DNA from: Tubulanus polymorphus
Taxonomy: Eukaryota > Animalia > Nemertea
Reading direction: 5' to 3'
Assembly (NCBI RefSeq): GCF_964204645.1
Contig: NC_134034.1
Location: forward strand, 7,290,914 to 7,354,913
Length of the DNA stretch: 64,000 bases
Shown piece by piece: positions 10,383 through 22,177 of this stretch. The notes beneath the pieces are model-generated. The model made no database searches, was not told where the DNA came from, and saw nothing but the letters and a program-made list of their open reading frames with translations. How positions within the stretch are numbered: the first letter of the stretch is position 1; each line of letters begins with the position of its first letter. The translations under genes and the position numbers were made by a program.

Positions 10383-10916
10383 TGAACAGGCGCTGTAACA
10401 TTGTGCTCAGGATATTCTATCTATCGAAACGAAATTAGGAGTTTATAGTTTACAATTATAAATCTAAATGTAAGTACTGTTTTTTGTAGTTATTGGGGCT
10501 ATTAAATATGAAACCTTAAGATATATTTAAGTGTATTTAGTATATCTTTTAAATAGCTAGAGTTACCGCTAATATCTTTTAGATTAATAAAACGCCATAC
10601 GCATCAAGAAGTGATAGAGAAACTCAAGATACTCTTTCTGACTGAGGAATCAACAGCAATGGATATCGAACCAATAGAAATTAGCACACAAGAAACACAA
10701 GAATCACCAAAAGATCGACGAAGAAACTATATAAGAATTTCAAAAACATTAAGACTCCAATGATTAAGTTTAACATTTGTTGATGTAGTTAACTATTTAC
10801 CAGCAATTGAAAAAATGATTGTAATTATAAATTGTATTTATAGAAATCAAATGATGTATTGGAAGAAACGACTGAACAAATTGTATAATGTATTGTGTAA
10901 ATCTGTTTGGTGAATT

Positions 10917-11500
10917 TTTATGTTCAGTCGTTTCTATTTCTAGAATGAATATATAATTTTGATTAGCGCATGCGCATTGATCAAAAGCGCGCACGAATGC
11001 GCGGTTTGCTCAGTGGTATGATTCAGATATTTCATGTTCGGTCGTTTCTATTTACATAATGAATATATAATTATGATTAACGCATGCGCATTGAGCAAAA
11101 CCGGGCCTGAATGCGCGGTTTGCTCAGTTGTATGATTTAGATATTTCATGTTCGGTCGTTTCTATTTACATAATGAATATATAATTATGATTAACGCATG
11201 CGCATTGAGCAAAACCGGGCCTGAATGCGCGGTTTGCTCAGTTGTATGATTTAGATATTTCATGTCGGTTGTTTCTATTTACATAATGAATATATAATTA
11301 TGATTAACGCATGCGCATTAAGCAAAAGCGCGCATGAATGCGCGGTTTGCCTAATGCGAACACGTTTAGATATTTCATGTTGGTTGTTTCTATTTACATA
11401 ATTATATATTCATTATGTAAATATAATTATGATTAACGCATGCGCATTGATCCAAACCGGGCCTGAATGCGCGGTTTTGCTCAGTGGTATTATTTAGATA
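10917..11500. repeat. ~114-bp tandem repeat, about 5 copies
   Basis: Unit starts near 10917, 11031, 11145, 11259, 11374; each carries CGCATGCGCA and a GAGCAAA..CCG/CGGTTTGCTC-type inverted pair. Confidence 0.92.
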
Positions 11501-11619
11501 TCAAGGAATCGAAACTGACTTATCAAAAGCAGCGAGGAATGAAAAAGGATGACGTTGGTCGAAGAAATGGAAGAGGATTCTAAAATATTAACCAATTTAG
11601 TAAAAAATACGTATAATAA

Positions 11620-12285
11620 ATGGAACCAGAACAACCACAAACTATCAATATTACAAATAACACTGGTGGTGTTATAAATATATATTACAAGAAGTGTTCT
11701 AAATGTGAATTAGATAAATCATTAACAGAATTTAGTAAGCGTAAGATTAGCAAAGATGGTTTTCAATATTGCTGTAAAACTTGTACTAAACTATATACCA
11801 AACAATACCGAGAAGATAATAGAGAAGCTTATAATGATTATATGACAGAATATATGAGAGAAAGATATCAAACAGATCTTAATTTTAGATTGAAACAATG
11901 CTTAAGATCTAGATTAACACAATTATTCAACAAAGAAACGCATTCAGAAACACTATCTAATCTATTGGGTTGTTCAGATGAATTTCTCAAATCATGGATT
12001 ATATTTCTATTCGATGATAAAATGAATATAGATAATTATGGGGATTATTACCATATTGATCACGTGTTACCAATATCTAAATTTAACATGAATGATGAAT
12101 ACAATAAAAAACTTATTTGGGGTTGGAAGAATTTAAGACCTTTAGAAAAGAAAGAAAATCAAATCAAATCTAATAAACTAGATTTACAGTTATATTTAGA
12201 TCAACTGGATAAAGCAAAGACATTTGTTGAATTATGGAATTCAACACATAATGAACAATACGTTGAGTCTTTAATGAGTGGTTAA
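11620..12285 (+). CDS. HNH-type endonuclease with N-terminal CxxC zinc motifs
   Basis: KKCSKC...DG.QYCCKTC; HIDHVLP...NLRPL...EN..KSNK beta-beta-alpha-metal motif. Confidence 0.82.
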   Translation: MEPEQPQTINITNNTGGVINIYYKKCSKCELDKSLTEFSKRKISKDGFQYCCKTCTKLYTKQYREDNREAYNDYMTEYMRERYQTDLNFRLKQCLRSRLTQLFNKETHSETLSNLLGCSDEFLKSWIIFLFDDKMNIDNYGDYYHIDHVLPISKFNMNDEYNKKLIWGWKNLRPLEKKENQIKSNKLDLQLYLDQLDKAKTFVELWNSTHNEQYVESLMSG

Positions 12286-12533
12286 AGAATAATAGATTTT
12301 TAAATAAAAAATATTAAAAAAACAATAACTTCAACTAGCTAGTGAATTCTATTATATTTTTAATATTTTCTTTTCAAAAAAGAATACTTTATATCACAAA
12401 TAAAAAATACAAAAAAAACAATAACTAATACTAAAATTCTTTACCCTTAACTAAGCTAGTATTAATCTAAAGAGATACTGGTATCATTTGAAGAATACTT
12501 ATAATATTTTTTTGCTTTTTTTCTCTAATATAA

Positions 12534-13127
12534 ATGTCAAAGAAATCTAAAAAGAATAGTATTGATATTGAAAAGACATTAGATGATTTGGGTATAAGTG
12601 ATAATAAAGATACAGTTGTTTCTAATTCTATTCAAGTTAATAACAATATAGATTATGAATACTATTTGTATTGTAAGCATCATCTAGAACTATTGATTGC
12701 CGGTGGAAAAACTAAGGAGTTTTTAACTAAGACTATTATTTTTCAAGAATTAGATGCTATGAAACCAGATAAAGTAATAAAATATTTTAAGATTTATGAA
12801 GAGGCAAGATAAGCCCGAATAAATGATTCTATTTCAGATGGCATTGTCAAATGTTATTCTAAGTTATGTAACCAGTTAATACCAATTGATGATGAAAATA
12901 AATTATATAGTGATTTAAAAAATGACTCCTTAGTTATGACTGAATTACAAAAATGGGTTGGTTATGCTTCATTTCAATTAGGATCGGTTATGACATTAAT
13001 TTCTACTGGTGTCATAACATTTTCGAATATCAAGCCTATGGAATATAAATCAGGTAAGAACGAAACAGATGTACTACAACCAAGCGGCGAAACAGAAAAT
13101 GAATCAGAACAAAAATTAACTAAATAA
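12534..13127 (+). pseudogene. Conserved Polinton hypothetical protein (one internal stop)
   Basis: ORFs 12534-12812 and 12936-13127 together match intact 45592-46182. Confidence 0.75.
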
Positions 13128-13496
13128 ATGAGTGATGGCGTTAAGAAAAAGGTTAGATCCGAGAAACAAATTAAATGGGCAAGAGAATTAGGTAAAAGAT
13201 CTTCAGAATTAAAAAAAGCTAAGAAAAAGAAATTAACTGATATAAATGAATCACAGACTTTATCTGATATTGATTCAAATAATAATCCATCTGATTCTTC
13301 TAATAGTGGACGAAATAATTACTTATATATTACAATTGGATTAGTAACAGTTATTATATTATCCGGTGTAATATATAAATCAAAATTCAAATCTGATGAT
13401 AAAGATGATTCCAATGACAATAAACCTATCATACCAGAAAATAAGTCAAATCATAAAGTCATTGAAACTAAATCTGAATTATTATTAATGGATTAA
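13128..13496 (+). CDS. Small basic protein with single TM helix
   Basis: RSEKQIKWARELG motif shared with 45291-45644; hydrophobic segment YITIGLVTVIILSGVI. Confidence 0.7.
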   Translation: MSDGVKKKVRSEKQIKWARELGKRSSELKKAKKKKLTDINESQTLSDIDSNNNPSDSSNSGRNNYLYITIGLVTVIILSGVIYKSKFKSDDKDDSNDNKPIIPENKSNHKVIETKSELLLMD

Positions 13497-13502
13497 AATA
13501 AG

Positions 13503-14608
13503 ATGAAAAAAGAACAATATTTAAGAGAGTTATATTATAACCCAGAAAGTGAAGTATCATATTCTAACGTTACAGAATTATGGGGTAAAATTAAATCTGA
13601 TAAGGAAAATGGCAATGGTGCCGTATGGCACCCACATGGTGATATAAAATATAGTGAATTAAAATCATGGTTACAAAATCAACCAACATATCAAATCCAC
13701 AAGAAAATGGATAAAAATTATTTAACAAGAAAAGTTATGGTTTCATATATTGATCAACAATGGCAAGCAGATTTAATAGACATGAAGAACTTAGAGGAAT
13801 ACAACAAAGGATATTTCTGGATACTGAATGTTATAGACATATTCAGTAGATACGCATGGTCAATTCCAATCAAAAATAAAACTGGAATAGAAGTAACAAA
13901 TGCTTTTAAATCTATATTTAAAGAAGCTATTCCAGATAAGATACAATTTGATGAAGGTAAGGAATTTTATAACAAACATTTCAAAAAAATATTATCTGAT
14001 AACGATGTAGATTATTTTTCAACACATTCAGATAAAAAAGCATCTATTATAGAAAGATTTAATAAAACATTGAAAACTAGAATGTGGAAATATTTTACTG
14101 CTAATGAAACATATAAATATATCGATGAGTCTATAAATATATCAGATGATTTAGTGAAAGGTTATAATAATTCTAAACATTCAAGTATTGGTATGAAACC
14201 TATACAAGCTAGAAAAGAAGATAATTCGGAAATAGTTTGGAATAATTTATATGGCGCATTTGTCACACATGATTTCGGTGAACCTAGATTCAAAATTGGA
14301 CAACACGTAAGAATATCTAAATATAGAAAAACATTTTATAAAGGTTATACTCCAAATTTTACAGAAGAAATATTCAAGATTAAAAAGATAATATTAACTA
14401 AACCATTTGTTTATAAATTAGAAGATCTAAAAGACGAAGAAATATTAGGTTATTTTTATGAACAAAAATTATCACTTGTACCAAATCCAGAGGAAATAGA
14501 ATACAAAATAGAAAACTCTTAAAGGAAAAAAGTATTCTTTGGTGAAATATAAAGGATACGATGATAAATTTAATGAATGGATTTTATCTTGTAAAATTAA
14601 ACGAATAA
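13503..14608 (+). CDS. Polinton retroviral-type integrase, C-terminal chromodomain frameshifted
   Basis: WQADLID, IDIFSRYAW, IQFDEGKEF, ERFNKTLK; chromo remnant LVKYKGYDDKFNEWI after 14522. Confidence 0.95.
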
Positions 14609-15220
14609 ATGGAAAAAGATTTATTTATATTTGAACCGCATAATATGTTAGTTACTGGAGTAACCAATTGTGGTAAAACACATTTCATATTAGATTTGTT
14701 AGAAACTATTTATAAGAATCATTTTGATAATATAATATTATTCTGTCCTACTTATGAAATGAATAAAACATATAATAGAGATATAGTTAAGATGAAAAAG
14801 TTTATTATATTAGATCCTAAAACAGTAAAAGAAAATTTAGATAATTGTATAAAAATAGCAATTGATACTTATAAAGGATCAAATACATTATTCATTATAG
14901 ATGATTGCGCAAATTTACATGATTCAAAAGTTAAAGAAAGTGAGTTATGTTATCTAGCTTTCTCTGGGAGACATTTTGGGATAACAACATGGGTTTTAAA
15001 TCAAAAATATAATTCAATTGTTAAAGACTTTAGGGAGAATATAAGATTTCTAGTTTTATTTTATAACAAAGATAGAAAATCTATGCAACAATCATTGGAA
15101 GAAAATCAAATTATACCTACTGAGTTACATGATGAATATATGAATAAATTAAAGAATAATAAAGGTTCAAAATTATTACTGAGATTACAATTTCCCTATG
15201 AATATAAATTTATAAAATAA
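14609..15220 (+). CDS. A32/FtsK-like DNA packaging ATPase
   Basis: Walker A GVTNCGKT, Walker B FIIDD, GRHFGI arginine-finger motif, conserved Q. Confidence 0.93.
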   Translation: MEKDLFIFEPHNMLVTGVTNCGKTHFILDLLETIYKNHFDNIILFCPTYEMNKTYNRDIVKMKKFIILDPKTVKENLDNCIKIAIDTYKGSNTLFIIDDCANLHDSKVKESELCYLAFSGRHFGITTWVLNQKYNSIVKDFRENIRFLVLFYNKDRKSMQQSLEENQIIPTELHDEYMNKLKNNKGSKLLLRLQFPYEYKFIK

Positions 15221-15239
15221 CTATTTATATATCTATGTA

Positions 15240-15326
15240 TTAGATACCCTATTAGATACCCTAATACCTGATACCCTATTAGATACCCTAATACCTGATA
15301 CCCTAATACCTGATACCCTATTAGAT
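15240..15326. repeat. GATACCCTA minisatellite between convergent genes
   Basis: Six GATACCCTA units with TTA or ATACCT spacers. Confidence 0.85.
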
Positions 15327-15419
15327 AAAAAAATAGAAACTAAAAACTTAAATAGAAACTTAAATACTTAAAACCCCCTTTTTTATTTACTATTATTTTA
15401 TACAATTTTCAACCTTTAT

Positions 15420-16291
15420 TATTATTTGATTGTTAGATAATTAATTTCTGAATCACTTTCACTATCAGACCCTAACAATTTATTCAAATACTCTACCGTA
15501 TCTTCATGAATAATTGGTTTATTGATATACTTATTAGGCATCTCAACTATATCTTTATTTTCTGATTTAAGTTTCATAGAATCTTTATTATCAATGCGCT
15601 TTCCTGTATTTTCATTATTATATTTATTAGTGTTTGCTCCTTATATTTCATTTACAGTGTTTGATCCTAATATTTCATTAGCATCAGTTAAATCTAATTC
15701 ATCTTTATTAGGTGTTGCTAATAAAAAATCTTCATATAATTCTTTACCATTTACTTTTTTATTTGAAACAAATTTTGTAACATATCTAAATGGGTGTTCT
15801 TTAAATTCTCTTAAACCAACACGTTCTATAACATTAGTAATATGTGAATTTGTATTCATATGTTTATTTCAATTTGATGGAGCGTTTGAAAATTCACCTT
15901 TACAATAATCACAATAATTTCTATTTTTACTAACATTTAATATTATTGCATTATTATATGTAGAAGGTATTACATTATTAGATGTAGTAGGTATTACATT
16001 ATAAGATGTAGTAGGTATTACATTATTAGATGTAGAAGGTATTACATTATTAGATGTATTAGGTATTACATTATTAGATGTAGTAGGTATTACATTATTA
16101 TCAATTACATTACTTAAATTATCAACAACTTCACTTTTATTATTATCGATTTCTATTAGTTTAGTTTTATAAATTTTGAAAATAGGATCAAATATCAAAG
16201 CTATATTACAAGGTATTACATAATATAAACGATCATTATTTTCATGTGTATCGATGTATGGAATATGTTTATATACTTTACCTCCTTCCAT
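15420..16291 (-). pseudogene. Zn-finger protein with NNVIP(T/S)TS repeats (broken by stops)
   Basis: 24-bp tandem repeats ~15950-16110; YCDYC...H.....H finger spanning a stop; downstream end approximate. Confidence 0.6.
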
Positions 16292-16323
16292 TTAATATAA
16301 GATTTTTTATTAAAGTTTAAATT

Positions 16324-17572
16324 TTAATACATAACACTATCTAATTGTGAATTTACAATATTTAATTGCGCGTCAGATATAATATAAATGTGCATTTTGA
16401 AATTTAGACTTCCTTTTTTCTTTGTCATGAATAATTGTATTCCATCTTTAGTGTTTTGTAATTTTTTTCCAGAACCATGTAATGAATTATCCTCTGTTGT
16501 TCTAAAATCTAACCATAATGCATATTTATTACCGGTATAATAATCAATTTGATTAATGTTACAATTTTCAGATGATTTCACTTTTTCATTCATAAAATGT
16601 TTTCTAATTTCTGGCCATTGATCAATCATTCTCATTCCTTGACAAAATATTTTGTTTGCTATTCCTTCGATAGTTATTTCTACTTTTGTTATTTCAGGAT
16701 TATAATACTTATCAACTTGTATTGCACCATTAGAATATGTTGCAATGGTAAAAAATATTAATATACCTTTAATAGATCTTCTTGGGAAGTTAATATTCTC
16801 ATTAATTATTTCATCATTTGCATTAATAGTTACAGTTTTAAATTTATCAATATAATCATATAATAATAAAAATCCTTGATTGTATTTAGTTTGAATTATA
16901 CTTGCAATATTTTCATCAGTTACTGTATCATATTCTAAACATATATTCGATAATTTATAACTCATATCTTTAACAACGCTAGATAATACAATTTCATTTA
17001 CAGGAGCAAATGTTATTTCGAATATAACGTCTTCTTGAATTGCGTATTTATATAAAGGTGCATTATTATTTATCAATTCAAAGTCTCATGGAATTTTATA
17101 TTTGCTTCCATAAATCTTTTTTATCAAATTATCTGCGGTACGAGTTACTATTGCGTCATTAGCTCCTGATCTTAATTTATTTTGGTTTTCTGATTGGATG
17201 CCTTGAAATATCATATTATTTCTATTTTCTTTAGTTAACCATAAATCTTTATAATGCATAAATAGATTATAATCATCTAATGAGAAAACTGTTTCTGGAC
17301 CAATCTTTATAGTTAACTTTTTTAATCAAATATCTTCCAACATTATCAACAACATAATTAATATCATGACCTGTTAATTTTATATCAGCTGATAAATAAA
17401 TACTATTTGGAACATAAAAAGTATTTTGTGTTAATCTAGGAATTCTAACATATAAAGTTTCATCGGGATTAATATTAGAAGGGTTATGAGTAATTATATG
17501 ATGTGATCTTTCTGCTTTAATAGCATTAGATATTCTATGATTCTTCGAAGGATTGATATAACTCCCACTCAT
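16324..17572 (-). pseudogene. Major capsid protein (putative double jelly-roll), frameshift and stop
   Basis: ~415 codons, beta-rich; HNPSNINP..LYVRIPRL, LWLDFRT..D..LHGSG, YIISDAQLNI motifs recognised from invertebrate Polinton-like MCPs; further copies at 48250-48800 and 52631-53480. Confidence 0.75.
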
Positions 17573-17592
17573 TTATTTAACAAAAGAATTAA

Positions 17593-19283
17593 TTATTTAT
17601 TTTTGATCATGTTTACTAACCCAAAAATAATTGCACTTACAACTGTAATTAAAAATAAAATAATATGTTCAGCAGCAAAGTTAAGAATATTCCCTGCAGA
17701 TTTTAAAACAAACCCAACAATCGATGCAATAACTCCAGGTAAAGCTGCAGCAGATTTTTTAGATAGTTCCCATAAATATTTTGCTAATTTTTTTAAACCA
17801 TCCTTAACTTTATCTTGTGTAGAATTATTATCTGGGGGTTTATCTGGTTTTTTTGGAGTAGGAGTAGATTTTAATGAATTTGATATTGCTAAACCAATTG
17901 TTGTAAATAACATAGTTACAGCTGTTAGAATTGAAAGAATTGTTATTCCTTCTAACTTAAATAATAATCTTATTCTATCTTTCAATGATAGTTTAGAATC
18001 TGATTTTATTATTAAATCTGTAAAATAACTTTTAATTTTTTGATATGATTAAGATCATATGATTTCAATAATATGTCTCTTTCTTCTTTTTGTAAATTTA
18101 TGTTATATTTTAAATCATCTATTTCTTTTTCTAAAGCTAACTTTCTGCTTTCATAATCAGGTTCATCTCTATTTAATTCTAATTGTTCTAATTTTTCATT
18201 TGCAATAGCTAATTCTTTTTCTAACATGGTTATTTAAGAAAATCTCATATTAATATTAGCATTTACATCGGCTGATTCTTGTATACCTTTAATTTCTCTA
18301 CGTGTTTGTTCAGGAAATGCTTCTAATTCTTCATCAGTTAATTTAAGTAATCCTTTTTCTAGTAAAGATTGTATTCGATTTATTCCAGTTTCAGTACCGG
18401 GCGTATCTAAAACACTAATCATATCTTCTTCAAATGAATTCATTGTATCCAGTAAGTTATCTAAACGTTTTCCTAATTGTAATTGACTTGAATCATTATC
18501 AATTGGTTGAGTGTCTCTTCTCGATGTTTCTGGTGTTGAAGATCTTAATCTATCTGATCGATCTCCATATTCTTCCATTTCTGGATCAACATCAGTAGGA
18601 TTTAAATTTGGATTTTTAAATGGTAAATATTTGTTAATATCAATTTTAGGAATTGGTTTTTCTTTATTTATTCTATCGATTGCATTCCATATAATTCTGA
18701 GAAATTCTCTACCACCTTTTGAACCTTCAATTGTAGATCTATATCGCATTCCAGGTTCAAAAATATTTTCTTGACCCATTCTAGATAATTGAATTGATAC
18801 ATTTTTGTTATTGAATTCAACATTATAATACCATGCATCATTTTTAAATTCTAAATTATTCATGAAAAATGGGTCATCTTTTAAAATTTGTTCTACAACA
18901 CCTTCTGAACCAATTTCATCTATTTCATCTTTTGGTAATAATACGTTAACAATTGTATATATTACTCTATTTTTCATTAATTTTAATTGATATTTCATAA
19001 GAGGATCAGTTGTATTTACTAATCTTTCCATTAAATCCTTTCTAGATGTTGCGGTTCTAATAACTAACCTTTCGGTAGCTGTCATATATTCTTTAAATTC
19101 TTTACGCGTTTCATAATCATAATCATCACCATCATCATCATAATCGGGTATATTTAAATTATTATTATATCCTGGCTCATAACCATCATTAAAACTTGTT
19201 TCACTAAAATCAGGTTGTTGTTCATCACTTATACCGGGTTCATCTAAAGGATCCAATGGAATATCTTCTCCACCTTCTGCCAT
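17593..19283 (-). pseudogene. Acidic/coiled-coil protein with C-terminal membrane helices (split into 3 ORFs)
   Basis: ORFs 18234-19283, 18012-18227, 17593-17985 contiguous; hydrophobic/amphipathic C-terminus. Confidence 0.65.
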
Positions 19284-19338
19284 TTACATAATAAAAAAAT
19301 TAAAATTTAAAATATAATATTCCTATAATATAGTATTT

Positions 19339-20658
19339 TCATGATTTATTATCATCATTTAGTTTAATTATTTCATGTTGAATAATATCAGTTTTTATAT
19401 CTTCTGATGTATCGTAATCTTTTATTTTAGAATCATTATTTAATTTAATATAATTTGTTTTAGTTTCAGTTGATTGAATGTGTTTTTTATTTTTTTCACC
19501 TTCCATTAATTTTGGAGCAGTAATAATCTTTTTATTTATATCATTTAATCCAAATGAATTATTTATTTTTGCAGTCTTGATTAAATTATTATAACCAATT
19601 ATATTTCCCATCTTTAGTACTAAATCATTAGAAATAATTAATAGATTAGGACCAATACAATAATTTAATCTAATATGTGATTTATCTAAATAATTTTGAT
19701 ATCTTACAATGTTTTCTGGAATCGATCTATTTTTATCATTATGAATTGAATCTTCAAATAATACTTTGAATTGTTTCTGCGTATCAAATGATGTATTCAA
19801 ATTTCCAATTATTGGGGATCTTGTTTCAACTTGCGCACCTAAAATACATATCAAATAAGTTCTAATAGATTGATTTATTCTTTGTATACCTGATTTTGTA
19901 AAACCTTCATTATTTTCTAAAATGAAATAAACCCAACCGTTATTGTTTTCTTGTTTTAAATTATCATAAAATTTCGGTAATTTATTGAAATTTAATGTTT
20001 CTAAATCCTTAGTTTCTATTTTACCATAACCTAATTTATTATTATAGATATTATAAAAACTATTAGATGGTATGGGAAGTGCACAATATTCTGCAATCTT
20101 TTTAGGGCAAGGAAGTGATCTTATTGTTCCAATTTTTGTTCTAAAATCAGAATTATTTATATCTATATTAAATTCATTACAAATTTTATAAAACTTTGAT
20201 AAATTAATATTATTATCTAATTCTTTAAAATACCTAGATCCTGGTAAAGCGCACTCTTATTCATTTAATATTATTCTGATTTGAAAGTATGTATGAAATC
20301 TAAATAAACTTTGAATTAATTTATATTTAGAATTATTCAAATGATCATTCCAACTAATTCCACAACCTGTTGTTGCACAATAAACAGCAAAATTTGATTG
20401 GTTCTGCCAATACTTCATATTAGATTTTAATAACCATTGTTTTTCATCTTTCAATTTTTTAAAATCAATTAAATATACATGAAATATATTTTCCATCTTT
20501 GCATTAAAATTATTAGTTTCAGTGACATAAATTTCTAAATTAGTTAATGAATCTAAAACTTCATTTCTATTTGTAATATCTTTATTAAAATCTATTGCTG
20601 GAATATTATATTTAATTGATTTATTATATTGGAAAGCTTTTGGAAAACTATCTACCAT
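19339..20658 (-). pseudogene. Conserved Polinton-like hypothetical protein
   Basis: WQNQ.NFAVYCATTGCGIS..HL...FRFH.Y motif; ORFs 20257-20658 and 19339-19854 flank a disrupted middle. Confidence 0.65.
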
Positions 20659-20674
20659 TTATATAATAAAAAAA

Positions 20675-21116
20675 TTAATAATTTATCAATTCTTTTAATA
20701 ATTTATCTTGTTCTTCAACTGTTATATGGCCATTTAAACTTATTATATAATCTAGTGTATTCTTTAATTTATTAATTTCTTTTATATTAGTTTTAATTTT
20801 TTCTTTATTACTTTTTATATTTAATTTTTAACTTATACCAGTTAAAACACTTAACTAACGAACTTAATCCTAATACGCCAATTGATATAGCTAAAGGTGT
20901 TAATGGACTGAATATTGCTAGAAATGTTATTACAGAACTAATTGTAACCGAACCGCTTATAATAAGATAATATATAATTTTACTTTTTAAATATTTTTTC
21001 TTTTTAACTTTTAAGTCACTTTCAAATTCTAATATTTGTTTTTCTAAATATGTTTTTAATTTAGTTTTATTTATATCATGAGGAATAATATCAATATTAT
21101 CAACTTTATCTTCCAT
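20675..21116 (-). pseudogene. Two-TM small protein (frameshifted)
   Basis: Hydrophobic hairpin; homolog at 48837-49263. Confidence 0.65.
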
Positions 21117-21132
21117 TTATTTAGAAAAAAAA

Positions 21133-21558
21133 TTACTGATTAGTAAATTTATATGCTACAAATATAACAATAACAGTTCCGCCTAAAATCCATATTATTT
21201 CATATTTCTGTTGTTCTTTACTTGGGGTATAATAATCTGATAATTTAGGTTTGTATAGATGTAATTTTTCTTTATTTGTTACCGCGTTATATAAACTCAT
21301 TGCATCATCAACTGATTGAAAATCTCTATGCGAAATCTTCTGATCATATAATTCCTTGTTAATATAATCCATATAGTTTTGTCTTTTTTCTCTATATTCT
21401 TCTGCTGCTTTATTGTATTTCTCTAATGCTAAGTTATGTCTTCTTTGTTCTCCTAATGAACTATTTTTATAAATATGCTTAAATAAATAACCACCACCAG
21501 TAAATGCTAAAGCGTTTACAATTGCCGATCCTATAATAGTTATAATTGCAGAAGCCAT
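21133..21558 (-). CDS. Conserved small membrane/virion protein
   Basis: Hydrophobic N and C termini, central RRHNLALEKY helix; near-identical to 49282-49704. Confidence 0.8.
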   Translation of the reverse strand: MASAIITIIGSAIVNALAFTGGGYLFKHIYKNSSLGEQRRHNLALEKYNKAAEEYREKRQNYMDYINKELYDQKISHRDFQSVDDAMSLYNAVTNKEKLHLYKPKLSDYYTPSKEQQKYEIIWILGGTVIVIFVAYKFTNQ

Positions 21559-21582
21559 TTATTTAGCAAAAAAATTATGCAT

Positions 21583-21804
21583 TTATATGGGAGGAATATA
21601 TTTTTGTTTTTCCAAATAATCAATAGTTAAATTAGATAAAGTAACTGCTAATGTTAACTTTAAAATATCATTTATATCAAATCTATCAACATTAACACTT
21701 CCCATTTTGAATACTTTTTTTAATACCATTGAATAACCAACAGTTCCAACTGATAGTAATGCTCCATTATATAATCCAGTTATTATCCACTTATTATCAC
21801 TCAT
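21583..21804 (-). CDS. Small hydrophobic protein
   Basis: 73 aa, TAAATG start, homolog at ~49730-49948. Confidence 0.7.
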   Translation of the reverse strand: MSDNKWIITGLYNGALLSVGTVGYSMVLKKVFKMGSVNVDRFDINDILKLTLAVTLSNLTIDYLEKQKYIPPI

Positions 21805-22161
21805 TTATTTATCAAAAAAATTACTATCATCAAAATATTTAGTTATCTTATTTATGATTAATTCAACATTTATTTCATTACTAGTTTCATTTGTATATAT
21901 TTCAATTATTATTTTTTTAATATCATCGATGATAAAATCTTCATCTAAATTATAAAATCTTAAAGATTCTCTAATTAAATTAGTAATCTTTTCTACATTT
22001 AAAGTTTCTTTATCTATTGTTGTTTCATACTCAAATGTTGTTTCATTAGAAAATGTAATATTTTTGATATGTGTAATTACATAATTAATGTTAAATTTCA
22101 TTTCTTTCTCACGTTTAAAATCAAATCCAAAACATATACTCGGTCCAATAGTTATATTCAT
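21805..22161 (-). CDS. Hypothetical protein
   Basis: Conserved with 49953-50306; TAAATG start. Confidence 0.72.
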   Translation of the reverse strand: MNITIGPSICFGFDFKREKEMKFNINYVITHIKNITFSNETTFEYETTIDKETLNVEKITNLIRESLRFYNLDEDFIIDDIKKIIIEIYTNETSNEINVELIINKITKYFDDSNFFDK

Positions 22162-22177
22162 TTATATAATGAAAAAA

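Noticed and set aside
10917-11500. CRISPR-like array
   Set aside because: Whole units repeat with no unique spacers; eukaryotic context and no cas genes
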